The notes under the pieces: model-generated
Told to the model about the DNA's origin: nothing
The model's input: only the letters and a program-made list of their open reading frames with translations
Database searches by the model: none
Source of the DNA: Octopus sinensis
Lineage: Eukaryota
DNA length: 38,790 nt
Direction: 5' to 3'
Assembly (NCBI RefSeq): GCF_006345805.1
Contig: NW_021836842.1
Coordinates: forward strand, 1-38,790
Made by a program: the position numbers and the translations under genes
Part shown: piece after piece, positions 21,950-34,704 of the stretch
Position numbering within the stretch: position 1 is the stretch's first letter
Layout of the letters: each line of letters begins with the position of its first letter

Positions 21950-22870
21950 CATACATACATACATACATACATAAATATATATGTGTGCATATTTGTATAT
22001 ATATATATTATATATATGTGTGTGTGTGTATGTATAAATTTATATGTATACACGCACGTACATACATACAGACACATATACACACATACATACATAAATA
22101 TATGTGTGCATATTTGTATATATATATATATATGTATACACGCACAAACATTCATACAGACACATACATACATACATACATACATACATACATACATAAA
22201 TATATATGTGTGCATATTTGTATATATATATATGTGTGTGTATGTATAAATTTATATGTATACACGCACAAACATACATACAGACACATACATACATACA
22301 TACATACATACATACATACATACATACATACACATATACACACATACATACAAACATACATAAATGTATATGTGTGCATATTTGTATATATATATATTTA
22401 TATATGTGTGTGTATGTATAAATTTATATGTATACACACACAAACATACATACAGACACATTCATACATCCATACTTACACACATACATACATACACATA
22501 TACATACAAACATACATAAATGTATGTGTGTGTATATTTGTATATATATATGTGTGTGTATGTATAAATTTATCTGTATACACGCATATACATACAGACA
22601 CATACATACATACATACTTACATACATACATTCATCCATACATGCATACATACATCCATGCATACATATATACATACATGCATACATATATATACATTCT
22701 TACATACATTCGTACATACATACATACATACATTCATACATACATACATACATGCATTCATACATACATCCATACATACATACATGCATACATATATATA
22801 TACATTCTTACATACATTCGTACATACATACATTCGTACATACATACATTCATACATTCTTACCTATAAG
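21950..22870. repeat. Higher-order repeat built from TA/TG/TACA microsatellite modules
   Basis: Landmarks gtgcatatttgtatatata and gtatgtataaatttatatgtatacac each recur about 4-5 times at ~120-210 nt spacing. Confidence 0.8.
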
Positions 22871-23329
22871 TAAACCGAGCGAGAGAGAGAGAAAGAGAAA
22901 GAGACAGAAAGAATGAAAGAGAGAGAGAGAGATAGAGGGGAGACTGCTTTTGTTTTACACAAGTTGTACTCGAAACGTTAGTGTTAAAACTTATTAAGCA
23001 GTTATTTTATTTATTTATTTATCTATTCAATTACTGTATTCTCTCATTTTTTTGTTTGTTTTTTATTTGTACGTTCTTTGCATTTTGTTTAAGCATTAGA
23101 TTAAGTCATGTTTGATAAAATCTTTCATCGACAGTACTTTTATCGGTAAGAGTACAAAACTATATACCCGTATCTTACCCAGGCAAATAGAAAAAGGCAG
23201 TAAGCAATATTACTGATTTACTATTAAATCTTTCGATTGGCTTCTGACGATGGTAATCTGTGTTTTTTTCTTTTATATATATATATATTTGTATGTACTT
23301 ACGAAGTATTTACTCTTTCAAACGTCTCA

Positions 23330-23696
23330 GACATTTGACTGCGGCCATGCTGGAGCACCGACTTTAGTCGAGGAAATCGAACCCCGGGACTTATTCTTTG
23401 TAAGCCTAGTACTTATTCTATCGGTCTCGTTTGCCGAACCGCTAAGTTACGGGGACGTAAATACACCAGCATCGGTTGTCAAGAGATGTTGTGGGAGCAG
23501 GACAAACACAGACACAAACACATATATACATATATACGATGGGCTTCTTTCAGTTTCCGTCTACCAAATCCACTCGCAAGGCTTTGGTCGGCCCGAGGCT
23601 ATAGTAGAAGACATTTTCCCAAGGTGCCACGCAGTGGGACTGAACCTAGAACCATGTGGTTTGTAGCTACTTACCACACAGCCAGTCCCTGCACCT
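23330..23696 (-). mobile_element. Family B SINE, short internal microsatellite
   Basis: Reverse complement aligns with 17185-17610. Confidence 0.88.
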
Positions 23697-24480
23697 CTGA
23701 AAATTCATCTTTTATTGAGCACTTTGCTAATACGTTGCACGAAGTAATACTTTCGTTGCATTTACAAAAGCGTTTATCTCACTCTTTGCCTCTCTATCCC
23801 TCTGTAACTTTCCCTCTCTCTCACTCTCTAACTTTTTCTCTCTCTCTGACTTCCTCTCTTTCTCTGACTTACTCTCTCTCTCTGACTTCCTCTCTCTCTC
23901 TGACTTCCTCTCTCTCTCTCTTTGACTTTTTTCCCTTACTCTTCGTGAGTGTGTAGGTGCTTGTGTTTGCAAACATGAGCACACACGACCGTGTTCAAGT
24001 TTTTATCTACTAATAAATATGTTTGTTTGTTTGTGTGTGTGTGTGTGTGTGTGTGTCTGTGTGTGTGTGTGTAAGTGTGCATGTGTCTCTGCGTACGTGC
24101 GTCCTTGCGCGCATGTAAGAGATTGTGTTTATTCAGATATGCTTGTACGAAGAGGTGTGTGCTTGAGCTAGTCGTACGCGGGAATGCTCCACTCCAGGTA
24201 TTTGGTTACGTAATAGTTAAATAGTCTACTACTAGTACACTAATTAACGTGCTGTAGTAATGCTATAGTTTAATCTAAGCTTTTTTGCAACTGCAAATGT
24301 TTTGGACGTTAACATGACTATGGAAACTAATAATGGTGCAGCTTAACAACCTACCTGGTAATTTACTTAGTAAACGGCTGGTTTCACCTGATGCATAATA
24401 GGGGAGGAGTCGAGATGACATAACTTAAATAGCTAAACGCGTATCATATGTATTTATTTATACATATGTTTGTGTGTTCT

Positions 24481-24756
24481 TATACTCTTTACTCTCTTTT
24501 ACTTGTTTCAAGTCATTTGACTGCGGCCATGCTGGAGCACCGCCTTTAGTCGAGCAAATCGACCCCCGGGGGACTTATTCTTTTTGTAAGCCCAGTACTT
24601 ATTCTATCGGTCTCTTTTGCCGAACCGCTAATGACGGGGACGTAAACACACCAGCATCAGTTGTCAAGCAATGCTAGGGGGACAAACACAGACACACAAA
24701 CAAACATACACACCACACACACACACACAACACACACACACACACACAACACACAC

Positions 24757-24790
<34 letters not shown>

Positions 24791-24941
24791 TACGACAGGC
24801 TTCTTTCAGTTTCCGTCTACCAAATCCACTCACAAGGCATTGGTCGGCCCGAGGCTATAGCAGAAAAACACTTGCCCAAGATGCCACGCAGTGGGATTGA
24901 ACCCGGAACCATGTGGCTGGTAAGCAAGCTACTTACCACTC
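24481..24941 (-). mobile_element. Family B SINE, expanded internal microsatellite
   Basis: Reverse complement aligns with 11069-11480 and 17185-17610 and carries the same subfamily variants. Confidence 0.9.
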
Positions 24942-25009
24942 TAAACACAGAACGAGTATGTATGCTGTGGTTTACTTCCATAATATTTAAGGTTCACAAA
25001 ACACGCTTG

Positions 25010-25294
25010 TGTTGAAATGCTCCTTCTCGAGCCATGCCTGGTTTCCTTGGCGTATAGGTTCCCCACCTGGACGGGACGCCGGTCCGTCGCAGGTAAGCTG
25101 CAAAATGCAGGAAGAAAGAGTGGGAGAGAGTTGTGGCAAAAGAGTCAGCAGAAGTTCGCCATTACATTCTGCCGGAGCTGCGTGGAGCTTAGGTGTTTCG
25201 CTCAAAAAACACACACATCGCCCGGTCTGAAATTCGAACCCGCGATCGCCTGACTGCGAGTCCACTGCTCTAACCACTTGGCCATGTGCCTCCA
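25010..25294 (-). mobile_element. SINE, head H1 + tail T2
   Basis: Minus strand tggaggcacatggccaagtggttagagc...aagctccacgcagctccggcag (family A body), then cctgcgacggaccggcgtcccgtccaggtggggaacctatacgccaaggaaacc (T2). Confidence 0.8.
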
Positions 25295-25448
25295 CAATGT
25301 GTTGCAATGTAACATCATATGAATGTGTGTGGCCGCTGAAGTATATTTCTGATACTGCGTGAAACCATTATTTAGATTCAATTATATAGTTAACCTACCT
25401 ACCTACACACGAACACACACATACACACACACACACAGACACACACAC

Positions 25449-25491
<43 letters not shown>

Positions 25492-26130
25492 TCTCTTTTT
25501 CTCTCTCTGATTCACTCTGAATATGTTTGTGTGTGCGCGTGTGTGTATGAGTAAAGACCGAACTGCTAATTCGTCTCTACGCTTTTTCTATTGATTTTAT
25601 ATATGCTATTTATAAACCTTGAATACTGCTTGTCGAAACGAATGTCATTTAATATAGAACACACCCTCTTTCAAATTTGATGACACGCTTTCTTTTGTTT
25701 AACAGGAAGTGGGGTGAACTCTGCTGTAATCTGTTCATAACGTCGCGACGATTAGTTCTAATACATATTTTGAATTGCGATTTCTATCAAATTGAACCCA
25801 CGCTCGATAGAACTCGCAGTATGGGAGCTATTTACCTGTCAGAAGTACCTGATGTATTAAAGTTCCATCCCAAGGCATCATAATTGTACATCGCCATCGG
25901 TGTCTTGTCATTATCCCTGGCTGAAGTCAACAGAAAAGCTACTGCTCTATCGTTCCACATTTAAACCCTGCTATAATCTCCCATAATCATGAATATAGTT
26001 CAAAGAGGAATAGCGTCCTTCATTGTGGCTTCTTATAAATATACTAAGCGACAACGAGAGAAATTTTACGGAGTCTGCAAGGAAAAGCAGCCAAATTTTC
26101 AAGTGTCATTCTACAATTTTAAAGGAACGA

Positions 26131-26439
26131 TACACTCTTTTATTCTTATATTTGTTTCATTTATGACTTCGGCCATGCTGGAGCACCGCCTTTAGTGGAA
26201 CAAATACAGACACACAAACATATACATACACACGCACACAAATACACACACACACATACACACACACACACACACACATAGATACACGAAGGGATTCTTT
26301 CAGGTTCCGTCCACCAAATCTACTCACAAAGCTTTGGTCGCTCCGAAGCTACAGTAGAAGACACTTGCCCAAGGTGCCACGCAGTGGGACAAAACTCGTA
26401 ACCATGTGCTTGGCAAGCAAGCTACTTAACACACAGCCA
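26131..26439 (-). mobile_element. Family B SINE with internal deletion
   Basis: Head and tail align with family B; the segment between the microsatellite and ...ctaaaggcggtgctccagc is missing. Confidence 0.8.
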
Positions 26440-27180
26440 ATTATAGTATTTCTTACCCTTTTCTTTTCTGAAAATAATATGGCTGGTCAAGGCTGAAAAA
26501 CTTTTAATAATAGCTCTGCTAGATTACGAAGAACTTTCCAGAGGACTTTGCCACCATTGAATGAATTTACAGAAATTGCAATCTCTAAAAATACAGAACT
26601 AAAACGCAACCCGGTTTAACATCCTAGACTTGGGCTTCACTGAGTGTCTTTAGCAAAATTGTCTGCTTTGGAAGCATTCCAACACTCACTTTGCCTAAAC
26701 GGATTAATTGATCGGCGGCAGATGTTAAGGCTAGCGATCAATGACATATGTGGCGCAAACCTGTAAACGGTGGGATGTGGTTGCATGCAAAGGTCATCAG
26801 CATTTCGTTATCTTTCCCTAGCCTATATACCGCAAACCTTCGATTTAACCGATTAATGGTGAGACGATGTGTCCGTTAATTCTAAAATTCCATTAAACTG
26901 AAGATAACATAGCGGCCATTTTTGTTGCTTTCAATTGAGAAAAGTCATTAATACGGTATACAGTAGTATATGATATAAAATTTAGTTATAACGAATATTT
27001 AATTTTTATTTCTCATTTTTGGCCAATATAGAGAACTTTCCAAGGACCTTAGGGAAAATACAGTATTGCATATTCCTCCTCCTCCTCCCTTCTCATCATC
27101 ATCATCATTTGCCATTCATCCTGTCGCGATAAAATAGGTACCAGTTGAGTGCATGGGTCAATGAAATCAACAAGCCTCCA

Positions 27181-27244
27181 CTTTCTTTTACTTTCTTTTA
27201 TTCGTTTCAGTCATTTGACTGCGGTCATGCTGGAGCACAGCCTT
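27181..27244 (-). mobile_element. Family B SINE 3' fragment
   Basis: tttcagtcatttgactgcggtcatgctggagcacagcctt. Confidence 0.7.
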
Positions 27245-27333
27245 TCTCAAAATTTCCAGTAGAAATCATCATGATCATTACGATCATCATAATCATCAAT
27301 GCTATTATTATTGTTGTGTTGTTGTTGTTGTTG

Positions 27334-27398
<65 letters not shown>

Positions 27399-27443
27399 GA
27401 GTGAGAGAGCAGTACATGCCATCAAAATGACATTGGGGTAAAA

Positions 27444-27514
<71 letters not shown>

Positions 27515-27599
27515 TATTATTATTATTATTATTATTCGGAGTCAATAAAAATGATTTTAACAACATGCGTGCGCTGACAAACACACAGGTATTTATAAA

Positions 27600-27611
27600 T
27601 ATCTATCTATA

Positions 27612-27688
<77 letters not shown>

Positions 27689-27698
27689 CATCTATCTC

Positions 27699-27772
<74 letters not shown>

Positions 27773-27800
27773 TTATCTATCTATCTATCTCATCTATCTC

Positions 27801-27844
<44 letters not shown>

Positions 27845-27845
27845 C

Positions 27846-27917
<72 letters not shown>

Positions 27918-27927
27918 CATCTATCTC

Positions 27928-27975
<48 letters not shown>
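27600..27975. repeat. (TATC)n microsatellite with periodic tcatc interruptions
   Basis: Direct reading. Confidence 0.95.
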
Positions 27976-27977
<2 letters not shown>

Positions 27978-28259
27978 ATGTGTATGTGTGTACATGTGTG
28001 TGTGTGTACATGTGTGTCTGTGTGTTTGTGTGGTTTTGCGTGTGTGTGTGTGTAAGAAAGTAAAAGGAAGATTACAACATGATATTTCATATTCTGTTGA
28101 GAATTTCTTTTTTTGTTGTTGTTGTTTTAAGAGAAGCAACCTTTGACTTAATGCTTTTATAAGCAATCATATTATTTTGTGTATATTTATATATTTATTC
28201 ATTTATCTAACCATTTTCCTTGGATTCGTGTATGCCAGACAAAAAAAAAAACAACAAAA

Positions 28260-28260
28260 C

Positions 28261-28297
<37 letters not shown>

Positions 28298-28332
28298 ACA
28301 CCACCACCACACCAACCACCACCACCACCACC

Positions 28333-28365
<33 letters not shown>

Positions 28366-28416
28366 TCTACTTCTACTACTACTACTACACTACATACTAC
28401 TACTACTACTACTACT

Positions 28417-28452
<36 letters not shown>

Positions 28453-28486
28453 CACCACCACCACCACCACCACCACCACCACCACC

Positions 28487-28563
<77 letters not shown>

Positions 28564-28875
28564 AGCTGCTACTGCTGCTGCTGCTGCTGCTGATGCCGCT
28601 GTTGTCGCCGCCATTTGCTGCCACCGCCACTACTGTCAACGCCGCTCCTGCCACCACCGCTGCTGCCTCTGAAAGGGAGCTCTGGCAATTTTGCTGACTT
28701 ATATGTAACAGGTGTTTCTCTACGCTTCATTGATTAATTCCTTCGTATTCAGTTTGTTCTTTTATTACTCATTCCAGCAGCGCATTCGATCTGTGACCTA
28801 GCATACACCCACCACTACAGCGATCTGCAACAAGATTGGATAGTAGCAGTGGTGGTGGTGGTGGTGGTGGTGGTG

Positions 28876-28931
<56 letters not shown>

Positions 28932-28932
28932 T

Positions 28933-28967
<35 letters not shown>

Positions 28968-28991
28968 TGTGGTGGTAGTAGTAGTAGTAGT
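28260..28991. repeat. Compound CTA/CCA tract followed by complementary GGT/TAG tract
   Basis: Direct reading; left tract about 28260-28560, right tract about 28843-28991. Confidence 0.9.
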
Positions 28992-29299
28992 AAAGATGGC
29001 GGCGGTGCAGGAGTAGTTTTAGGGTGAGTGTAGGGAGAGAAACTGGGGGATTTAAAAAGAGGAGAAACAAGGTGGGGACAGGGTGGGACAAAAGATGAGG
29101 CCTCAGAGAATAAGGGAAGTGATGAAATAATAGATCGAATATATATATATATATATAGCAAAAACTACAGTAGCATCCACCCTTAGGGGGTTAGCCATTG
29201 AAATGGCAAAAATACGTCACGATGTGTTACCGCTACTGTATATAACTCACTTTGATATTTAATATATATATATATATAATATATATTATATATATATAT

Positions 29300-29332
<33 letters not shown>

Positions 29333-29392
29333 AGATAGAGATAGAGAGAGAGAGAGGAGAGGAGAGAGAGAGGGTAATAGATAGATAGATAG

Positions 29393-29472
<80 letters not shown>

Positions 29473-30475
29473 CAGTAAGAAAACAGAAAAGAAATACATA
29501 ATGAGAGTGAGTGTGAAAAGAGGGGAGAAAGAGAGAGAGAGAGGGGAATAAAGAGAACGAGAGCGAGAAGAAGAGAGAAAAAGAGAGAGAGAGAAGGAGA
29601 ACGTGAACGAGAGATAGAAAGTTAAAGACGATGATAGACAACTAGATAGCTAGATAAATATATAGACAGATATATAGACAGACAGATAGACAGACAGAAA
29701 GACAGACAGACAGACAGACAGATAGATAGATAAATAAATAGATAGATATATCTTCATTTAGTTTTGCAGTAGTAGTAGTAGTAGTAGTAGTAGATTACTT
29801 GATTGAGCAGAACTATCACTCATTTTAGCCCAGTCCTATCCACCCCGTCTTAAAATTGTGTAGGTCCACATTATATAATGAATGCGTTATTGCTTTATTT
29901 CAGATGGTTGTTCGATTTAAGGGCGATTTGACTTTTATTTCTAGAAGGTCGAGAGCGTCTATAGTGAGGTAAGCCTTTCTGCCAGTCTTGGAACAGATTA
30001 ACAGAAGGGAAAGCAAGATAAGTGAGTGAATGAAGAATAGAAAATATTCATATTGGATCGCAGAAAATTTGTAAGAAGTGAGGAAGAATGAGGGGGGGGG
30101 GGAGAGAAGACGAAGAAAAGAAAGACTGGAAACGAAGACAATAACATCACAGAAGGAAGATAGGAGACATTGAAAGGAAATAAAATGAACGAAGCAGACG
30201 ATAGAATAAATGGATGAAAATTGTAAAAAAAGATGAAAGAAGGGAATATTTACAGCTAAGAAACGAAAATGAAAGCTAACAGAACAGACAGAACAGCAAT
30301 ACATATTAACTCTTTAAGAGACGGAGCAACCAGAATGAATTGCACAATGGAGTTGCTGTTTAGGTGCAGATCAGAATTGATCGAAGAGACCTATGACCAA
30401 AGATGTTCCAAACGTGACATTCTCCACATGGTTATTTTTTTTTTCTCCTTTTTATTTCAAGTATGATGTATCTTG

Positions 30476-31201
30476 CATGGTGCGTGGTTTAATGTTTCGT
30501 GTATTCGGCTCACGAATCGTTAGCACGCCGGGCGAAATGCTAAGCGGTATTTCGCCCGTCGCTACGTTCTGAGTTCAAATTCCGCCGAGGTCAACTTTGC
30601 CTTTCGTCCTTTCGGGGTCGATAAATTAAGTACCAGTTACGCATTGGGGTCGACATAATCGACTTAATCCGTTTGTCTGTCTTTGTTTGTCCCCTCTGTG
30701 TTTAGCCCCTTGTGGGTAATAAAGAAATAGGTATTTCGCCCGTCGCTACGTTCTGAGTTCAAATTCCGCCGAGGTCAACTTTGCCTTTCATCCTTTCGGG
30801 GTCGATAAATTAAGTACCAGTTACGCATTGGGGTCGACATAATCGACTTAATCCGTTTGTCTGTCCTTGTTTGTCCCCTCTGTGTTTAGCCCCTTGTAGG
30901 CAGTAAAGAAATAGATCGTAAAGTTGTGAGTTCTGATCCCGGCGACACATAGTGTCCTTGAGCAAGACACTTTATTTGATGCTGAACCAGTGCACTCAGC
31001 TGCCAAAAATAAATAGAACCTATATTGCAAAGGGCCAGCCTTGTCACATTCTGTGTCACGCTGGATCTCATTGGGAACTACGATAAGTGTACACGTGTCT
31101 GTGGAGTGCTCAACCACTTACCCGTTAATTTCACGAGCAAACTGTTCCATTTGTCGGATCAACTGGAACACTCGTCATCATAACCGACGGAGTGCTAGCT
31201 A
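30476..31201 (+). mobile_element. H2+T1 SINE (host) with an 11-bp TSD, interrupted by a nested family D dimer
   Basis: Head tgcgtggtttaatgtttcgtgtattcggctcac | gatcgtaaagttgtgagttc... and tail ...taaccgacggagtgc. gatgtatcttg flanks it at 30465-30475 and 31202-31212. Confidence 0.85.
30514..30913 (+). mobile_element. Family D SINE with a tandemly duplicated 184-bp body, nested in the host head
   Basis: Units 30546-30729 and 30730-30913 begin ggtatttcgcccgtcgctacg and end aaagaaata, with only a few differences. Confidence 0.9.
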
Positions 31202-31745
31202 GATGTATCTTGGACTACATAATTAAATTATTCTTTTCTTACTTATTTTTTTGGTGTAACTTAAGGGGGATTTGGTCAAGCGAGCAACCTTATCGAGCTT
31301 CTCTTGTAGTCATTGCTTTGTTCGTTTAGGTGTTCTTCTTCATGCTTAGTCTGGTATTTTTTACTGTTTTATTCCCCCACCCCCACGCTACGTTATTTTG
31401 GGAGAAAGGTGAATGACGGTTCGTTTTGTTGGCGGTTATCCATTCGTGTCAGTCACGTGGGGACCATAGAAACTAAATTTCTGCTCCGAAACGCAAAGCA
31501 AGCACGGACAATCAACGTTATTATACCATTAAAAAACAGTTAATATATGTATGCATGCAGGTATGTATGTATGTGTGTATGTATGTATGTATGTATGTAT
31601 GTATGTATGTATGTATGTATGTATGTATGTATATATGTATGTATGTATGTATATGCATACACATTTATGTGAATGTGTTTATATATGTGTGTATGTATGT
31701 AAGTATGTAGCTACGTGATGATGTATGCATGTATGTAGGTATATA

Positions 31746-31781
<36 letters not shown>

Positions 31782-32404
31782 TATATATCTATAGTATATA
31801 TATATTATATATATATATATAATATATTTGTGTGTGGTATGTATGTATATATGTATATGTATGTTTGTATGTATTAGGTAGACAGACATACATCATTCTA
31901 GGCAGGATCAGCTAGATTCATCTAAACGAGATTTGAAACTTGTTGAGTGCACAATAGCTCAACAAGCTGTCGGTGTTACGGTTTCATATCTATGTAACTT
32001 ATAGGATATATAGAGAGAAGTTACGCTGAGACTGTTAAGCTTTCTGGGAACAGAAGATCAGTATTTTTCCTCTGATGAGCCTCTAAGAAGACAAGAAATT
32101 AGTTTGGCTCTGATATTATTACATTTTTCTAATCACGCTAAACGGAAATCATGCTTATTTCTAAAAAGGTACGATTTGTATCTCAAATTATCAAAACACA
32201 ACTACGTTTACAAACATACAAACATACATATACGTTTACAAACATACATACATACATATATACATACGTACATACATACATACATACATAAATACATACA
32301 TACATACATACGTACACACATACGAGAATACATGTGTGAGTGTATACTTGTATGTACATATGTATATATGTATGTGTATATGTGCAAGGGTGTGTAGATA
32401 CAGG

Positions 32405-32436
<32 letters not shown>

Positions 32437-33123
32437 TGTATGTATGTATGTATGTATGTATGTATGTATGTATGCATGTATATATGCATGCATGCATGTA
32501 TGCTTAAAAGCTTTTATGTATGCATAAAAGCTTTGAAATTTGCCTTGAAAAATAATTCAAATCGTTTCAATACGATATCAAATTTATTTTTGAAATGCAA
32601 ATGTTACTTATGACTTCGAAGACTCTACGTTCGTTGGTTCCGTCGAACACTTTGACAAACATGGAAGAATGGCGAAACATAGGAATCACTCTTGAACTTT
32701 TCATTATACACATATACATTAGATGCAGCCATCGCCATAGAAGGGTCGTATCTTTGGTCCATAAATTAGTTATGAACAGACAACTATGTGAACACAAATA
32801 TTATTAAACAGAAACATTTCGCATATAAAGCTGTTACCGTTTAGCCCTGGGTCACTTACGTCTGATAACGCTGTTGAGCCGCTTATGATCAAAGGCATAT
32901 CAGACCGCACCATTAGGTTAATTTTCCTTTCCTTTCAAAGAGTTTTTGCTTTATTCAGGCATAGCTTATCGAAGACTACAATATTCCATGTATTATTTCA
33001 TAATTTTAAGGAAGTATGGAGTCGTATAAGAGAAAATATCCACATTTTTCCTATCAGCTTCAGTTGCTATCTTTCGGTTTCATTGATGTATATATATATG
33101 ATATAATATAATATATATCTATA

Positions 33124-33154
<31 letters not shown>

Positions 33155-33393
33155 GGAGAGAGTGAGAGAGAGAGAATGTAATCGATTGGTATACAGCTGT
33201 ATTGGCCTATACTCTCAATGTTGCGATCATAATTTCTTTACAAATTATTTACTGACGAAGAATAAGATTCCCCACATAGACTCCCTCTCGCTCAATTAAA
33301 TCTTGTTTCTTTCTAACACCACAAACTCACACACTATCTCGCAATCTTTCTTTTTATATATGTGTGAGAGTGCGTTTATATATGTAACAATTT

Positions 33394-33455
<62 letters not shown>

Positions 33456-33735
33456 ATATATTACATATATATATATACATATATTAAATATATATCATAT
33501 TAAAGATATATGATATATATATATAATATATATACGTAAGTATGCGTATTACATAAAATAAATTCTCCCACTCACCCACACACAACATACATTTATATTC
33601 ATGTCTGTGTGTTTGTGTGTCTGGCTGTCTGTATGTATGTATATATGTACGTATGCCCCTGAGCGCCATACTAATACAATTGCTTGTTTGTACTCCACCT
33701 GCCTTCGTCTTTTGTTTACTTTCATAAAGCTTCCC

Positions 33736-33786
<51 letters not shown>

Positions 33787-34254
33787 ATAATGGACATAAG
33801 TATAGAATTTGTTGCTTTTTTTTCTGTAGTTATCGTGATTATTTATATCCACATTTTTCATATTCACAAAACATTTATATTTTTATATAAGAATCGAAAA
33901 CTGAATTTAAAGACTGCAAAATTTGCATATATCCTTTTGTGTTTCTAACTTTCACTTTCCAAATAATATTTCTCTTCAAATTTTACAGTTTCTGTTTATT
34001 TACTTGTATTTTTTTTCTTTCAACTTATGAATATGCCCATGTTCATAGTTTCGTATATATGTATGCATCTATTTTCAGATATGTCTAACTGTATAAGTAA
34101 TAGTGTGAATTTGCATGTGTATGCATGTATATATAATCTATTCATTTATAATGTATAATATATGGAAATAATATATGCCTATACATATATATATGAGAGT
34201 GTATATACATATATGCAATACATACATACTTATATACATACATACATACATATT

Positions 34255-34322
34255 TCTATCTATCTATTTATCAATCAATCTATCTATCTATCTATCTATC
34301 TATCTGTCTGTCTGTCTGCCTA

Positions 34323-34363
<41 letters not shown>

Positions 34364-34382
34364 GTCTGTCTGCCTATATATC

Positions 34383-34469
<87 letters not shown>

Positions 34470-34492
34470 GTCTGTCTGTCTGCCTATATATC

Positions 34493-34552
<60 letters not shown>

Positions 34553-34585
34553 GTATCTATCTGTCTGTCTGTCTGCCTATATATC

Positions 34586-34650
<65 letters not shown>
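34255..34650. repeat. (TATC)n with a repeated tgtctgtctgcctatat cassette
   Basis: The cassette occurs 4 times (about 34305, 34363, 34470, 34562). Confidence 0.9.
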
Positions 34651-34663
34651 ACATACATATGTT

Positions 34664-34704
<41 letters not shown>

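Noticed and set aside
21985-22916. 294-aa and 162-aa ORFs, and the many similar YI/HT/VC/LSIY ORFs elsewhere
   Set aside because: Pure di- and tetranucleotide microsatellite translations.
24126-24202. Plus-strand exon-like unit (ttattcag...ccag|gtattt) as an antisense exon
   Set aside because: Weak splice signals, no homology; expected by chance.
26225-26245. FoxH1-type AATACACA sites, by analogy with the vertebrate Lim1 intron-1 nodal response element
   Set aside because: The match lies within CA microsatellite/SINE sequence and carries no information.
28993-29003. YY1-like AAGATGGCGGC
   Set aside because: Embedded in a decaying GGT/GGC trinucleotide tract, so probably incidental.
27600-29473. 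Antiparallel (TATC)n and (GATA)n tracts (also 34255 vs 37117) as a designed hairpin
   Set aside because: This microsatellite is so frequent in both orientations here that such pairs are expected.
29893-29975. Plus-strand exon-like unit (tttcag|ATGGTT...GTGAG|gtaagc)
   Set aside because: Short, no recognisable protein, and it resembles a degenerate repeat (gggcgatttgac...tatttctagaaggtcgag). It cannot be supported without RNA data.
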